Shown here one piece after another: positions 24,509 through 37,924 of a DNA stretch of 64,000 bases. The notes below the pieces were generated by a model. The model made no database searches and had not been told where the DNA came from. It saw only the letters and a list, made by a program, of their open reading frames with translations. The position numbers were made by a program, and so were the translations under genes. Each line of letters begins with the position of its first letter. Position 1 is the first letter of the stretch. The stretch comes from Podarcis filfolensis. Taxonomy: Eukaryota. The DNA lies in assembly GCA_964270895.1 (NCBI GenBank), contig OZ185436.1. One strand, 5' to 3'.

Positions 24509-24901
24509 GTTTATTATGTTTGACAATATGGAAAGTGCAATAGTAGAAACACAAATTGCAACATTGGTGGCCTTCACATAAGAGAACTCTCTGCTTTGTA
24601 GGGTATCTGTAGGCACAGACATTTTACCAAATGGAATCACTTCTACAAATAACTCCCCTTCTCTATATGAGGATACTAATTTTACTCCTCTTCTATCATG
24701 TCTTCTTTTCTCTCCTCACTCTCTTTCTCAAAAGCAGTAGCTGCTTAAACTGTGCTTAATTAACTGCCATTAACCATTACAAGATGACAGTGAAAAATTA
24801 TTTAGACTGCTTCAGGCCAATAATTAGAAGCTACAAAATGGCAGCTATTTTTTAAAAAAAATTATTTAAAAAGTAGACTTTTAAGTCAAACCATATCTTA
24901 C

Positions 24902-25003
24902 CACAAGAAGATGATTTTCTGTCCACTGTCATTACACGCTTGGTTTGGTTGCGCAGCTTGTTGTCGGTATTTTCTACTAAATTGGTGATATCGTCGATGA
25001 TTT
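24902..25003 (-). CDS. STX8: Syntaxin-8 penultimate exon (SNARE motif, C-terminal half)
   Basis: 102 nt; ttaatag|AA ATC ... TGT G|gtaag; (E)IIDDITNLVENTDNKLRNQTKRVMTVDRKSSSC(G); not in the supplied ORF track. Confidence 0.97.
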
Positions 25004-26889
25004 CTATTAAAAAAGAGATATCGTTATATAGTATTAATATCCAGGTTTTCCACCATCACACCCAAACAAATGCAATGTTATCATTTTATGGCACCCTTCC
25101 AGCAACCAAGAGCTCTGCAGCTTCGATCTAACTTATTGGCATGGCAGCCCTCTGAGGAAGGTTAGACAGATGGCTGTTTTAAATGTGACAGAAGCCAAGC
25201 AGAAGCCACCCAAAAGCATCACGGTAGGTGTAGCCCATGTAGATGCTGCACTTAGCTAGCATAACGGATTAAGAATGTGCAGACACATCTGTTCCTTGGC
25301 CCATGGTTAGTAGTTAGAACAAAATGCTTTATAAATTTAGACCAGAAGAAGGGTGAAAATTTTATCTGGGCTGTTTGGAGTGGCTGCACAGAACCTCCAC
25401 TTTTGCAATGGGCAAGGATCACCCCAAAGCTATCTGCAAATGACCAGAGATTAGAAACTGGCCCCACACATTCAGCCCTCATGCTACTTGCACTGCACTC
25501 TATTGCCCCACAGATTTTGTCCAAACCTGCAAATGGAAAATATTTGCACCTTTGCATATTGGTATAAATACAATTTCTAAGGCTCAGTTATAATTGAGAA
25601 TAAAAACTGAAGCATGATCCTGTTTAAACAGCTTCCTTATAGAATATCTCTCTTACAGTTGTGCTTCTTCTCACCAATATTCCATTTTTCAGCACAAATA
25701 ATGACATCATGACTATAAGCAAGCGCTAACTGCACTCTGGCATTTAAAAAAACATTACTTGCTTATTTGTTTCCAGCTGAGATTCAAGGTGCAGGTATTG
25801 ATATATGTGAATAGCAAACTCCACTCTCCAAATCTGGATTCACATGTATTCCCCCAAAATGGGGGGTGCAGGGGAGTGGGAGAGACTGAGCATGTTCAGT
25901 GGACACAGAATGCTGGCTGACTGCTGAAGGAAGGCAGGGGGCAGAATGGAACATTGTAGGGAAGAGGGATAAAGTGAAATGAGAGGGGAAAGAAGGAACA
26001 GCTGCCTGGGACTCCACACTTAGCACAGGTCCCACTTGCACTGAGAAGCATAAGAACATAAAAATATGTATAGAAAGAGGTTAACATTCCAGTTTCTTCA
26101 GAGATGGCATATCCAGGTGAAGAGATCATAGATAACGGCAGAGCAAAGCATCTCCTAAGGATGCCATACATCCACTGAAAACTCATCAGGTTCACAAGGG
26201 TGACTCTGTATAAAACAGCTCCTTACAGTGGGTGGTTTCCATCACAGACCTCGCAGTGGATTCAGAGTGAAAAAACAAGGAAAATTATTAAGCAGTACAA
26301 AAATTAGCAAGCTGCCAACATCCGAGTGAAGTTTCAACATGTTGTCTTCCAGTTGCAAGCCTCCTGCTCTTGGATATTAGGTCAACGTTTTAGTAAATTC
26401 AATCCCGTCTTCACATATACAGTCAGTGTGGCAGGGGTGAGGCCAACTGACAGGTGGTAGGTTAAGAAGTAATTTATGAGAAAAAGTTTCTACTAGTACC
26501 TTTGCTCAGTTCGACCGATGAAAATTCAAAACTGAGGACTTTCACAAGTTACACAGTCACATTAAAGTAGTTTTTAAAACAAAAAATAGTGTCACTGTCT
26601 TTGAATTATGTTTTTCTGGCTTCTGGAGCACAAAGCAGAAAACTGTTTCCAGAAAGAACAACTGCCAAGTGTATAAATTGACCATGCCCCACTTTGAGTC
26701 CATTTACATTCAATAAAAAAGAGGAATTGTACAGCATTTTCTTGAGCAACCACAGTACTTTCAAGGCCTCATTGCTTAAACCACCCCTGTAGTTTGTACA
26801 TTATAAACACTTCACTTTATAAACAGTTACATCTATGGGGATGGTTTACATTTGGAATACCAACCTTACAAATGATATTGTACTTTATT

Positions 26890-27110
26890 GTATTTCAGTA
26901 GCCAAGAGTGTGAGCTGTGAGTTGCCTGCTAACCTCATCCACAAATTCACTAGATAATCTTGGGCAAGCTAACATTCTTCTCGGTGTTAAGCCCTACCAT
27001 CAGTAATAGAGAGGGGAAATACTGCTGTACCTTACAGGGGTGTAGCAAGGACTGCTGAGATTATGTGAAGTGTACTGAATTCCTGAAGTGTTCCATGTAT
27101 ACTATACATT
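26890..27110 (+). mobile_element. Ancient MIR/CORE-like SINE
   Basis: cttgggcaagctaacattcttctcgg...taccttacaggggtgtagcaaggactgctgagattatgtgaag resembles CORE plus L2-like tail. Confidence 0.5.
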
Positions 27111-27972
27111 GTATAGGAAAGCTGTCATTCATGGCAAGGCGCCACTGTGGTTTCCAGGTAGACCAAGCCTGGAAGTCCCTAATCTTTATGAGCCCAAAAT
27201 ATGCAGTCTGTGTGAGGCACCGATCAGGAACCCAGGACATTACAAAATGTTAAGAAAAAGGAAAATAAACAGCCTTCCCTGCCATCACTCTTCTTTAACA
27301 TGAATTCACCAGGAAAGAATTTGGAGGGGGAAATGGGTAGAGAAGGAAAGAGAACTCTGTGAAATTCAGGGCAGATGGGCAATGAAGAAGGAAAACTGGA
27401 AACTGCTCAGCTTAAGTAAATAACATTTTTGTTCTGTAGCAAGTAAAATGCTCCTTCTCTCCACCCCCACGGGAGAAGGAAGATTTACTTGGTTACATCC
27501 CATCCTGAATCAGAGTTTCTGTCTGTATGCTACTCAGGTGTGCCCTCTCCCAAGAGGCTTGAGAGTTTTTATACTTCTGAACCACACACAGAGTCCCAAG
27601 CATGGCGGGATTCCTATAGCACTCAGAAGAAAAGCAGGCTGCTTGCCATATAACCTCCTCGTATTTGTACTAATTGATTTTCTGATTTATTTAAAATATG
27701 TAAAAGCCTTACTTGGATTTGGCAGCTGCCTTAAAGAACAGGCTTCACAGTTCCTGCCCACTGAGTAAGCCAAATACAAACTGCACTTGCAAAATTAAGA
27801 GGGGAATGGATTTAGCAGCAGTGCTAGGTACAATCGCATCTTAGCTACAGATTAATAAGACTACAGGAGAGCAGGATTTCCTTTATTTCAGTTCCACCCA
27901 GCCTTTCTTCCATGTGTGAGGTTCCAAGCCAGGCTTTTATTCGAACTTGATGATGTTACAGCGTGACGCCAG

Positions 27973-28171
27973 GCTGCCACTGCACACCAGGTGCCACGGC
28001 CACTGCCTTACCTCTTGCACTCTAGCGTCATGGTGGTGACTGGACCGGGGCCTGTACCGTGGTGGGGACTGGATCAGGGCCTTGTGGCAGAGGCAGAAGC
28101 CCAGGTCCAGTGGCTGTGCAAGAGTGCAAGAGGTAAGGCAGTAGCGGTGGCACCCAGTGTGCAGTGGCAGC
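27973..28171. repeat. GC-rich fold-back (51-bp inverted arms)
   Basis: 27973-28023 and 28121-28171 are reverse complements with ~5 mismatches. Confidence 0.75.
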
Positions 28172-28386
28172 TGCGGAGGAGGCAGAGGTGAAGGCTGGGC
28201 ACCCACGGGCACACATAACTAACATTTTGTGGGAGCCCAGGCACCCAGAGAGATGGCGCCTATGATTTAAGTGCAGGCAAACACACATTGTTCCAAAGGG
28301 AAGGAATGATGGTGGACAAAGGCAGGGCAAGGCAGCGCCCTCAGCACTAGACATAACAGGTAACCGAAGCAAAGAATGCCACTGTT

Positions 28387-28743
28387 CCCATCTTCTTCTT
28401 CTTCTACTGCTGCTGCCACCTCCTGCAGGTAAAAGTTATTGCCCTAGAACCTCAGAAACCACCCTTTGACATAACATTGGGGGGGGGAGTGAAATTAGTC
28501 ACTCTTCTGGAGTTCTGTATGGAGGAGGAGGAGGACCATGTTCAACATGTCCTTCTACCATCTGGCTGGCATGCTGTATCAGGGTTGGGTGAGCCTCTCA
28601 TTGCTTCTGCAGAACCCTTTAAGTTTTCTCCATCTGGAGATGGCAGCAGCTGTGGAGGAACAGCTGCATCTAGGTCCCGCATATGATTTGCTGCTATGCA
28701 TACTGAGCTGCGGGAGGTGGCAGCAGAAGTAGAAGAAGATGGG
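28387..28743. repeat. Imperfect inverted repeat pair (probable decayed MITE)
   Basis: cccatcttcttc...gctgccacctcctgcag (28387-28428) vs ctgcgggaggtggcagc...gaagaagatggg (28708-28743). Confidence 0.55.
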
Positions 28744-30699
28744 CACTGGTGACAAGCAGGTACATAGTAGCAGGTCTGGTGAGGAACTAGGATATTCTTG
28801 TTTGAGAAAACTGTCACAGATTTCCTTCCTCTCACCTGTAATGTTAGCCAATTCTAATGGACTGATTTGATTTTTGTTGTGTGGCTAAAGTGCATTATTC
28901 TCATTATTAGAAACTGCCTCTGTTTCATGAAGAAGGGACTATAAATTATAAAAAGAAATGAATAAATGTCCTGGAAGAGCAAGAAGATGCCATCTGTGAT
29001 GGAAAACAATGGGGAAAAATATTTTTAAAAGTCAGGCAGTTAGAGATGTGAATCTGCACAGAGGGAGGCAAGACTGAGGGAGAGATACCTGAGAGACAAA
29101 AAGATCACATGAGACAAGCAGAGAGTATGTATAGAGGCAGGTGTGGGAAACCTTTGACCATCCACATATTGTTTGACCAAATCTCCCTTCAATCTTGACC
29201 ATCCTGGCTGGAGGGCTGTTGGGCACTGTAGTTCAGCAGGTTCCCCATCCTAATATAGACAAATTGCAGGTCTGGGTGATGTGGACTGAGAAACAGATGA
29301 GCATGTGAAAGAGATTAAGACTACATTAGTACCAGGGGTTCATTGTACTAGTATAGTGGCAAGAGAAGAACACCCCACACCTACCATTTTGGTTATGATG
29401 GAGTACACAATTGGCTGGCAAACCAATGAGTGACAATGCAGCCAGCCTCTGCATGGATGGCATTGGCTAGCTGGAATCAGGGTGCCTGGAAGCCTCCCAG
29501 TAGCTTCCTCGCTCAAATCCCTTATATTTATTCTGGAGGTACACCGTGTAAAACCCAGCTTCTCCAAATAGATCTATATCAACAGAGTAATGTATATCTG
29601 TAAAATATACACCACAAAATTAGTCATGGGACATGGCAAATGTATGTATACTGGAACCGGGTTGAAGAAAAACATCTCAAAACCTGAAGCCCAGAACATT
29701 TCATATCATACCAAGAACATTACAGTATGATGAAGCTCAATCTGGAGGCAACCCAGTCTCCATAGCCACTGCCACCATCCAAGGGAGCACCTTAGAGTGA
29801 AATGCCAAGGAAATGAATCACGCAAAACACCAGGCTACACACTTCAAAACAACGCAACACTATGCTCAACAGAAGAAAGCAAACATTGTGTATCATGCCA
29901 GTGATGAAAAAGATTGTGGCCAATGTGCACATGCGAAGCAGAGTGCTTTAATACTGAGCACCAAATGGAAGCTAAAGCCCAAAGAAAAATTTAAAACCCA
30001 AAGCAAATGAAAGCCATAAATTCTCATCTATGCCCAAATAATGGGAAAGTTTCATAAATGTCTAAGAGGAAGCAATCTATAAGCAGCCCTTTACACAAGA
30101 GCTAGTCTCAAATAATAACAAACGGAAGCAAGTTGTGCTGATATAAACTTTGCTTTCCTCAGCAAATGCTTAGAGGCAATGGCCTTGACATCATGAGAAC
30201 GACCTTGCTAGATTAGGCCAAAGGCCCACCTGGCTCAGCATCCAACATGAGTGCAACAGCTCTCTCCCCCATTGTGATTCCCAGCAACTGGTATTCAGAG
30301 GCATACTGTCTCTGACAGTGGAGGGGTAGAACATCTTGGTAATGGCTAAGTTTCCTCTTTTCAAGTCAAAAGTGTGTGTTAGGTTTTCTTGGCAACTGTC
30401 CATTTACATATATATTGAATTTGATAGCACTATGGTCCCTATTCCCAGTCTGCTCAACAACATTTAATCATGCACCAGATCCCAAGAACTGCTTAAGATT
30501 AAGCTCAGGGTTATTGCCCTTCTGGTAGCCTCCGTGACCAACTATTCTAGGGCACAGTCATTTAGGGTATCTTGAAATTTTATCTTTTCTTCATGACTGG
30601 AGCACATATGCACTCAGTCTGTGTGAGGGTAACTGAAGTCACCTGTTACTACAACATTTCCTCTTTTGAATGTCTCCTTGATTTTATTCTCCATCTGAC

Positions 30700-30876
30700 T
30701 ATTTACTAAATTTAGCAAATAATAAAATGTTTGTGGAAAGGGGGTTGTTCATTTGTTTTTGTTTTTGTTCTTGTTTCCATTATGTACTTTGTGTTCTCCT
30801 TTTGTATTTTTATGTTGTGAACCACCCTAGGATTTTTGGTATACAAATCTACAAATGAATGAATGAATGAACGAAT
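30700..30876 (+). mobile_element. L2-like LINE 3' end with (TGAA)n tail
   Basis: T-rich tract, then tgtgaaccaccctagg...aatgaatgaatgaatgaacgaat. Confidence 0.5.
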
Positions 30877-30920
30877 ATTGCCCTGAACATTTTGTTCAAC
30901 TACATCTCAGCTAAAGCATC

Positions 30921-31053
30921 CATGACAGATGGCCATCCAACCTCTGCTTAAAAACCTCCACCTCCCATCAACCCTGGCTAGTATAGTCAATGGTCAGGAG
31001 TGATGGGAACTGAAGTACAGTAACATATCGAAGGCCACAGGTTCTCTACCCTG
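30921..31053. mobile_element. Short CR1 3' piece (minus) abutting a MITE remnant
   Basis: catgacagatggccatccaacctctgcttaaaaacctcca is the reverse complement of the CR1 end at ~10350-10390; followed by cctcccatcaaccctggc...gatgggaactg. Confidence 0.6.
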
Positions 31054-34000
31054 AAACTAAAGAAATTATTTATATTTGCAAAATTATTCCAGAGAATGAA
31101 GAAAGAATAACTACGCACCATCAGTTACAGCAATAATCATCACTTAGAATGAGTACTTGGTGGAAAGAGTAGTGGGGCAAGAACTGAGCTCAGAATCCAT
31201 GAATATTAACTGGAGCCCTTGCTCTCCAACATGCACCAGGGATTTTCTTTTCCAGCTGCTTATTTTGTTTTATTCAAACAAAACACACAAGCATTAATTT
31301 TAGTTGTATTTAATTGAATAATTTCCCAGGAGAATAGTTCAGGAGAGTTTTAGAGCAGCTTGTTTCCAAAACCCATTACTGACTGGCATATACCACAGCA
31401 TCTGCGTGCCAACCAAAATAGGATGCTTTAATGTTACTGGAACTACTTTCGTTCCAGATGTGTTGAGAACTCCTGGTGATATAATGCAGGCAATAGCTGT
31501 ATTTACACAAGGTAGTATTTTGAGTATCCTTTTCCAGTTATCTTGGGTAAGATAACAGACCCCTTAATTGGAAGCATTTGAATATAAAGCAAGGTCACTT
31601 GTTTCTCCCCCTCATTCTTAAAGTTTTCCTTGCTTTGCTGTTCATTAAAATTGAATGTGAGGCAGACCAACAGTTAGCAAAGCAACAGATCATAAAAACA
31701 TGAACATCTGCAATCTGAAAGACCTTAACAAGAAACGTTGCATGGGCCACTCCAACTCATGGGGGCAAAATGTTGTGGTTGTGTCACCTTATGTAACTCC
31801 TCAAAGCAAATGAGCCAAATTAGACATCTCTGCACATTATTTTTTTTAAAATGCAAATAGGAAAGGCTAGTTGATAATGATCACAATTTGTATTGGGAGG
31901 GAACTCCCCCCCCCCCGGCTGTCACCCTGGATCCAATGGAGAATTGCTTTCCAATGCAAATAGCAGCTTCAGCAAAATGGTTATCATTGAATGCAGTGGA
32001 GGAATAGGTTAAATTTCACATCCTTGCCTTCCATGATCCCGAAAATATACAGAAAGCCCCCCTCAGGTGATATTTTAATTTCTAAAATGTACATATTAAA
32101 TGAAAAGATGCATGCAATGTTACATCTAGTTTGGCCCTCAGATGTTCAACAGAAGCAGAATTAGGACTGCAGTGGTGCAGTTTTGGTACTTGATTAGGGT
32201 TTAGGGTAAAACAGAACACGACTTGACCAAAGTGGCTTTCCAACATGCTAGGTCAGATCACATTCCCTTCTAGGCAACCTTCAGGGGGGCATATGCCAAT
32301 GCTGGGCAGGACCAGAAACCAAAGTGAACAGAACAATAAATGTCAAGCTTGCCTTTGTACAATAGACTATCTTTTATGCACATTCCTCTCTATTCCCATC
32401 CAGGCAAGCAAGCTGCATTATCAGGGATATGTTCTAATCTAGTCAGACATACATACTTGAGGAGGATGCAAAGCAGGGCCAGTGAAGGGTGTGGCAGGGG
32501 TAATATACCTAAGAGGAGTGGTGAATATAAGCACTGCCTATGTTGTTACACAGAAGGTTTTACATTAAGGAAGAGGCTTGGAAAGAGATGGGGAAGCCGG
32601 ATAGGAGTTGCATGAAATTCAAAGGCTGCCTCCTTAAAGGACCTTAGTGGTTTTTAGCACACAAATACATTCTGTGACTGGCAGAGTTGAAAGCAATTAC
32701 CCTCTCAAGAGCTAATTAGATGGGGCTTTAAGCACATGATGTAAGAAGGTGCTTGGACTGGTCACATCTTGTCTACAAAAAAGCAAAAAGTAGTGGAAGA
32801 TGTTGCACGGGATGAGGGCTAACAATTTGGGGCATTCTCCTGCTGATAACTTCCTTCTCCCCAACTGTTATTTCCCCACATTTTTAGAAGTTATAGGTAA
32901 GAGCATTTTCAGAGGGTATTGTTTTTGGCAGGAAAACAGCATGGGAGAGGAAGTAAGCCATCTTCTCACCACTTCATGGCCCTGATAAGGACCTTTTTGC
33001 AAACAGAGAGGCATGGCTAGTCTGAGCACAGTTTAAAACCATGTGTTTAAAGTCATGGCCAGTTTGAGCCTCAATAATTTGTTTATGGGCAGCAGCCATC
33101 ATCCTGGTGCCATTCTCCTTCCAGCTGAAAAGTTAAACCGAACCACTGGCCTGAGTACTGTCAGTCTCTGGTTCCTGCCATCTATTTCAAGCAATTGTAC
33201 ACATTTATAACGAAGCTGCAGCCTGTTTTCTTTCCAGCTCTGTGTGCATCGTTTCTCCGTTCCATTCTGTTCCCACTGTGGGCACACAAATCAAAACACA
33301 GACAAATACAAACAGCAGCTGCAACAAAAGTAATTTAATCTAGTTTAAGCTAAAGAATCAAAGGGAATTAGCTGCTCCAATCCTTTTTCCATCCCAAATG
33401 GGATGCGGATACCTTAACTTTGACTGCATTCTATTCTAAGCATCGCTTACCCCAAACTGGTACATGAAGTCATTTTGATGAAAAACAAAATCAAAATATG
33501 ATTAATTCTAATGCTAGTTTGAAGCCAGCTTGAAAACATGAATAACATCTGCCAACAGGTAAGAAATGACAACGGATCTTCTGATACTTCCTAGTTTTGC
33601 ATAACTGTCCTGTCTATGTCCTCAAGACCTATAATTTCCCTCCTGCTGTAGCGTGTGTATGAATCTAAACCACAGGTGTGTTTGCACTGTGCAAAACTCT
33701 GGGCTTTGGACCTGGAATAAAATTAGCACCTCATATCAATACATTCTGTCCATATTTCCTACACTGGACAGAATATATGCATATTACATCCCAATGAAGA
33801 ACTACTGGACCCTGGTAAGTAGGGAACAGAGATGTACATGTAATCCTTTAGTCACTGGGCCATTAAATCTATGTTGAAATGATACTGTCTCCTGCTGGAT
33901 AGCCCTTCATGAACTATGAAACAAGGTGGCCCCAAAGCCAATACACACATAAACTTCAATGGGCAACAAGAGATTCAGCCCAATAAATCCCCACTGCCGT

Positions 34001-37000
34001 TCTGAGCTGCTGGCCTGTTTGGCAATATATCACCAGTGAAAGGACCATTAGAAAACACTCACTGGTCAGCAAGACACAGATGTGAACTCCTCTGTTTGAC
34101 CTGCTTGGCACTGAGTGATGAAAGCTATGCACTGATTGATAACTCACAAAAGGCAGGAATCCTGCTGCAATACAAAGACCTTGCCACATGGGAGTACAGC
34201 GATAGCATCTCAAACACCTTGCAAGCAGTTTACTTTAACTAGATCAAAGTAAACACCATTAGTTGCAGAACCAAGAGCTTTAAGTCACTGATCAGAGCGC
34301 TCATACTATTCTTCCATGCAAGAAAAGTCACTGTGACAATTATATGTGCTTGAAGAGAAACCAAACTTAAATACCTCCACTTTCAGAAGAGTCTCAGATT
34401 CTGGAAATGCCTGAATTACATAGGTGAAGACAAGTAAGAATAAACCTGGAATTCCTGAAAAATTAGAGGGAACTAATTTCCTTTTTAAAAAAAAAATCCA
34501 GACTTAAACAAGCACTGGGGTATCTATATATAAAAATGGATTGGACCTCATTTGATACCTCAACTGAAGGATGTACCCAAAATGCCACTGAACACACAGA
34601 AAGCTGAAATTTAATGCTCACATATTCCAAAACACCCTGACTGCTAGTAAAGTCAGAAAGGAAGTCCATACATACATCTCCCCCTCAAAACTTGGGGATA
34701 TGAAGTCTGTCTCAACCGTGGGCAGCATGCCAGCCCAGCTCCTAAAGCAATGACTGACACTGGAATCAACCTCTTTCTGGGGGAGGGGAATTTTTTTTAG
34801 TGAGAGCAGGAAAGCAAATCTGAAAATGGGGCAAGCAGTATGCACCTTTGGGGAAACTTTCCCTTTCACGTGCTTTAACAATCCTCAGACTGATAGGGGA
34901 CTATCCAGTGGCAGCAAGGGATGTCTCAGCTTTAGAAGGCAGGCTACAGATACTAGTATATATCTAAAGGGATTAAGTGCTTAATATTCAGGTAACCAGA
35001 AGCTAGATCACACCCCTATCGAGTGTGTTTATTCTTACTTATAATATCTGTTTTCCTCTCCTATTTGCTCAAAATGGAAACACAGACAGTTTAAAATGTT
35101 TAAAAGCTTTAGGGGGTGGTTGGCCCCCCAAATTCATTCTGTGACACCAATCACGACATGACTATTGAAGGCTTTATTTGGGAAGCCATCTAATTATCTG
35201 TGCTCCTGGAGGCCCCCTCTGGCACTATGCAGTCCAATTTTGCTCCCTGGTATACTGAGGAGCTGCTGCTGCTGAAACAGATGGGCAAGGCCTGAACAGT
35301 ATGTGGCACAAATCTCAGTACTTCATCTTCAGGAGTGTCACTAATAGTTTCCCAAGTTGGTGAGGCTCATTGGATAACAACAAGAAAGAGAGAACATTGT
35401 GGGGTACTCTACCAACAGAGATTCAGCAGGCACCTTCTGTTTCAACTTTTAAATGCCTGCTGAAAACTTTTCTATTCTGCCAAGCCTATGCAGGCAATGA
35501 AGAAGACATCTTCCCACAATAGTTAATTGAAGTCTGATTTTAACTTCCATACGGTTTTAATTGTACGGTTTTATGTGTTATTGTTGTTAACTGCTTTGTT
35601 TTTTAAAAAATGAAATAGTGATATATAAATATTATTATAAATAAACAAACTACATATGATGATACTATAACATTCTCATTTAAGTCTACACATTAGCCAT
35701 AGGACTCTAGTTAACTTTATTTTTTATAGTTCAGCACTTGGTGCTCAGCAATGTTTTCCCTTTTAAAAGTGAACCATCACATCTGAAAGGAAACAGGAAA
35801 TAAGTTTAGGACTTCAAGTGACATTTTGAGCCTTCAAAGAAAAGGGGGGGAAATCACACATACCTAATTTAATCCTTCATTTTCTTTTTTTAAGGAAAGG
35901 TCTGACATCTGGACTGACAATCTGCATTCCAAAGTTTCGGCCCATCACAAATTGAAACAGCTGAGTTATAAATCTTTAGGTAGAGGGTGATTGGTCATGG
36001 AAAACAGCAAACGTGCACTTAAAAACAAGTGTAGTTTGGAAAGAAGATAAAACTCACAGTACAGCTAGCTTTCCCTGGGACAACTTCTCCAAAGGACTTG
36101 CGCAGATAAATCTTGCTCTTGAAAATAAATCCTGCACCTGACAGCAGTAACGCTACATCTGATCTCACGGTAGCTTGTTTCTTTCTTGTTTTTAATTCGC
36201 AACAGGTTTATAATAAGAAAAAATGAAGCTCGGGACCTCTACATCTGGTTGCTGAATGAATGCCACATATATTCCTCCTCATTCCCACTCTCATATAATA
36301 TATACATTGCTGATTTCTCAAGAGCCCTTTCACATATTATTTTTACAGCAAGGAAAAACTGATATTTGGCATGCAGTCTTGATAAAGCTGAGTACTCATC
36401 TCCCACGAGCAACCCAGGGCTCCAGACTGCTTGTGCCACAAACTTGAGAGCAGCTCTTATCCCTGACACTGTTTCGCAAGCCCAGCACCCCTTGGTTTCA
36501 CTGACAAATTGGGTTAGATGGGGTGAGCTTGTTGCTTCAACATTACCATTACAGAAACTAAAATCTAAATTGTAAGTAAATGTGATTTAATGAGAGGTTC
36601 TAAGTCTTGGCATATATCAAGCAAATATCCTCTTCATTAGAGAATAATAGATGTGAGTTGTAGAATCTAATTTTTTAGGTAGGATTATCTAATTTAACAC
36701 TTGGATCATAATAACCTAGTACTGGCAACTCCTCATTAAAAGCAATGTTGGTACCTCTTATTCAACCACTTTGGAACCACATGCTATGACTTTTGTCTTT
36801 ACTTGCATAAAGTGGGACCACCCTCCCTCGTCTCATTCTGCAGACACACCATTACCAAACTATTGCCCATTTTATGTACAGATAACGAGTGCAACATAAA
36901 ACATCCCTTATGTGCTACAAACCAATCACAAATGCCATTTAATATAATTACAGCTTAAATGAAAAGTATAATGATCCTTACAACTTCTGCCTATCAGCAG

Positions 37001-37836
37001 AGGAAATGGTCCTAAACTAGGGGAACTTGCATTCACAGGCCACAATATACTGTTTAGAATGCAATCCTTTGAAGATCAATAGGGGGAAATAAAAAAAGGA
37101 TGATTTTGTGTGGTGGTTTTGTGAAGTTTGTTTTTAGGAACAAAAGGTGATGCACACCAGCTTGATATGCAAAGAAGTGACCTCATCGGGCTGTTAACCC
37201 AACTAAAAAGCAAGATCATCCCATGCAAGAAGATGTGCTGCTTAAATGCAGTTGTTTTGGACTTTGAGTGGCATCAGCATTAACAGAATATCAATGCAAA
37301 CTTCATTACACAGGCAGAACATGGCACATAGATTTCAGTCTTCTTCAAACAGTACAGCCACATTGAAAAGTGGAATTTCAGACTAGTGTCTCACGTTTCC
37401 CCCCATTTATGCTCAGACTATGGTAAGGCTTGCTGATGTATTGCTAGAAACAGTGTCTGTATTATGAATTCATACAACAACAAAAGATTCCTTGTAAAAA
37501 GGTAGCTGGCAGTGGAAGAGAAGAAAGGGTAGCACTTTCAGACTCAGCAAGAATTGAAGAAACAAGGCCACACATTTTTGCCTCCACACTTTCAAGTTGG
37601 GTCACATATTTCTATTCTTTCGGGGTTGAGGGCTGTGAAATGAGCAACATGCTTTAAAAGATACTGAAGTGTCAATCTTAATTTTTAAGATTCTAATTAT
37701 TATTTAAGAAGCTTAACTGTTGTAGGATATGGAAATAGAATTTCTTTTTTCTATAGTTCTAGAATAACTAAGGTGTAGAACAAAAAAATTTTTTTCCTTC
37801 CAGTAGCACCTTAAAGACCAACTAAGTTAGTTCTTG

Positions 37837-37873
37837 GTATGAGCTTTCGTGTGCATGCACACTTCTTCAGATA
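37837..37873 (-). ncRNA. Mirror-image hammerhead motif on the STX8 sense strand
   Basis: Same core as the plus copy, but helix I is only 3 bp (UAU/AUA). Confidence 0.55.
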
Positions 37874-37886
37874 TCTGTGTATCTGT

Positions 37887-37924
37887 GTATCTGAAGAAGT
37901 GTGCATGCACACGAAAGCTCATAC
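37887..37924 (+). ncRNA. Minimal type I hammerhead ribozyme motif (PLE-associated)
   Basis: GUAU-CUGAAGA-A-GUGUG/CAUG/CACAC-GAAA-GC-UC|AUAC: conserved core, 5-bp helix II, palindromic AGCU helix III, 4-bp helix I; predicted cleavage 3' of C37920. Confidence 0.7.

Noticed and set aside
34112-34136. Box C (GTGATGA) and box D (CTGA) motifs
   Set aside because: Only ~11 nt apart with no terminal stem; too short for a C/D snoRNA
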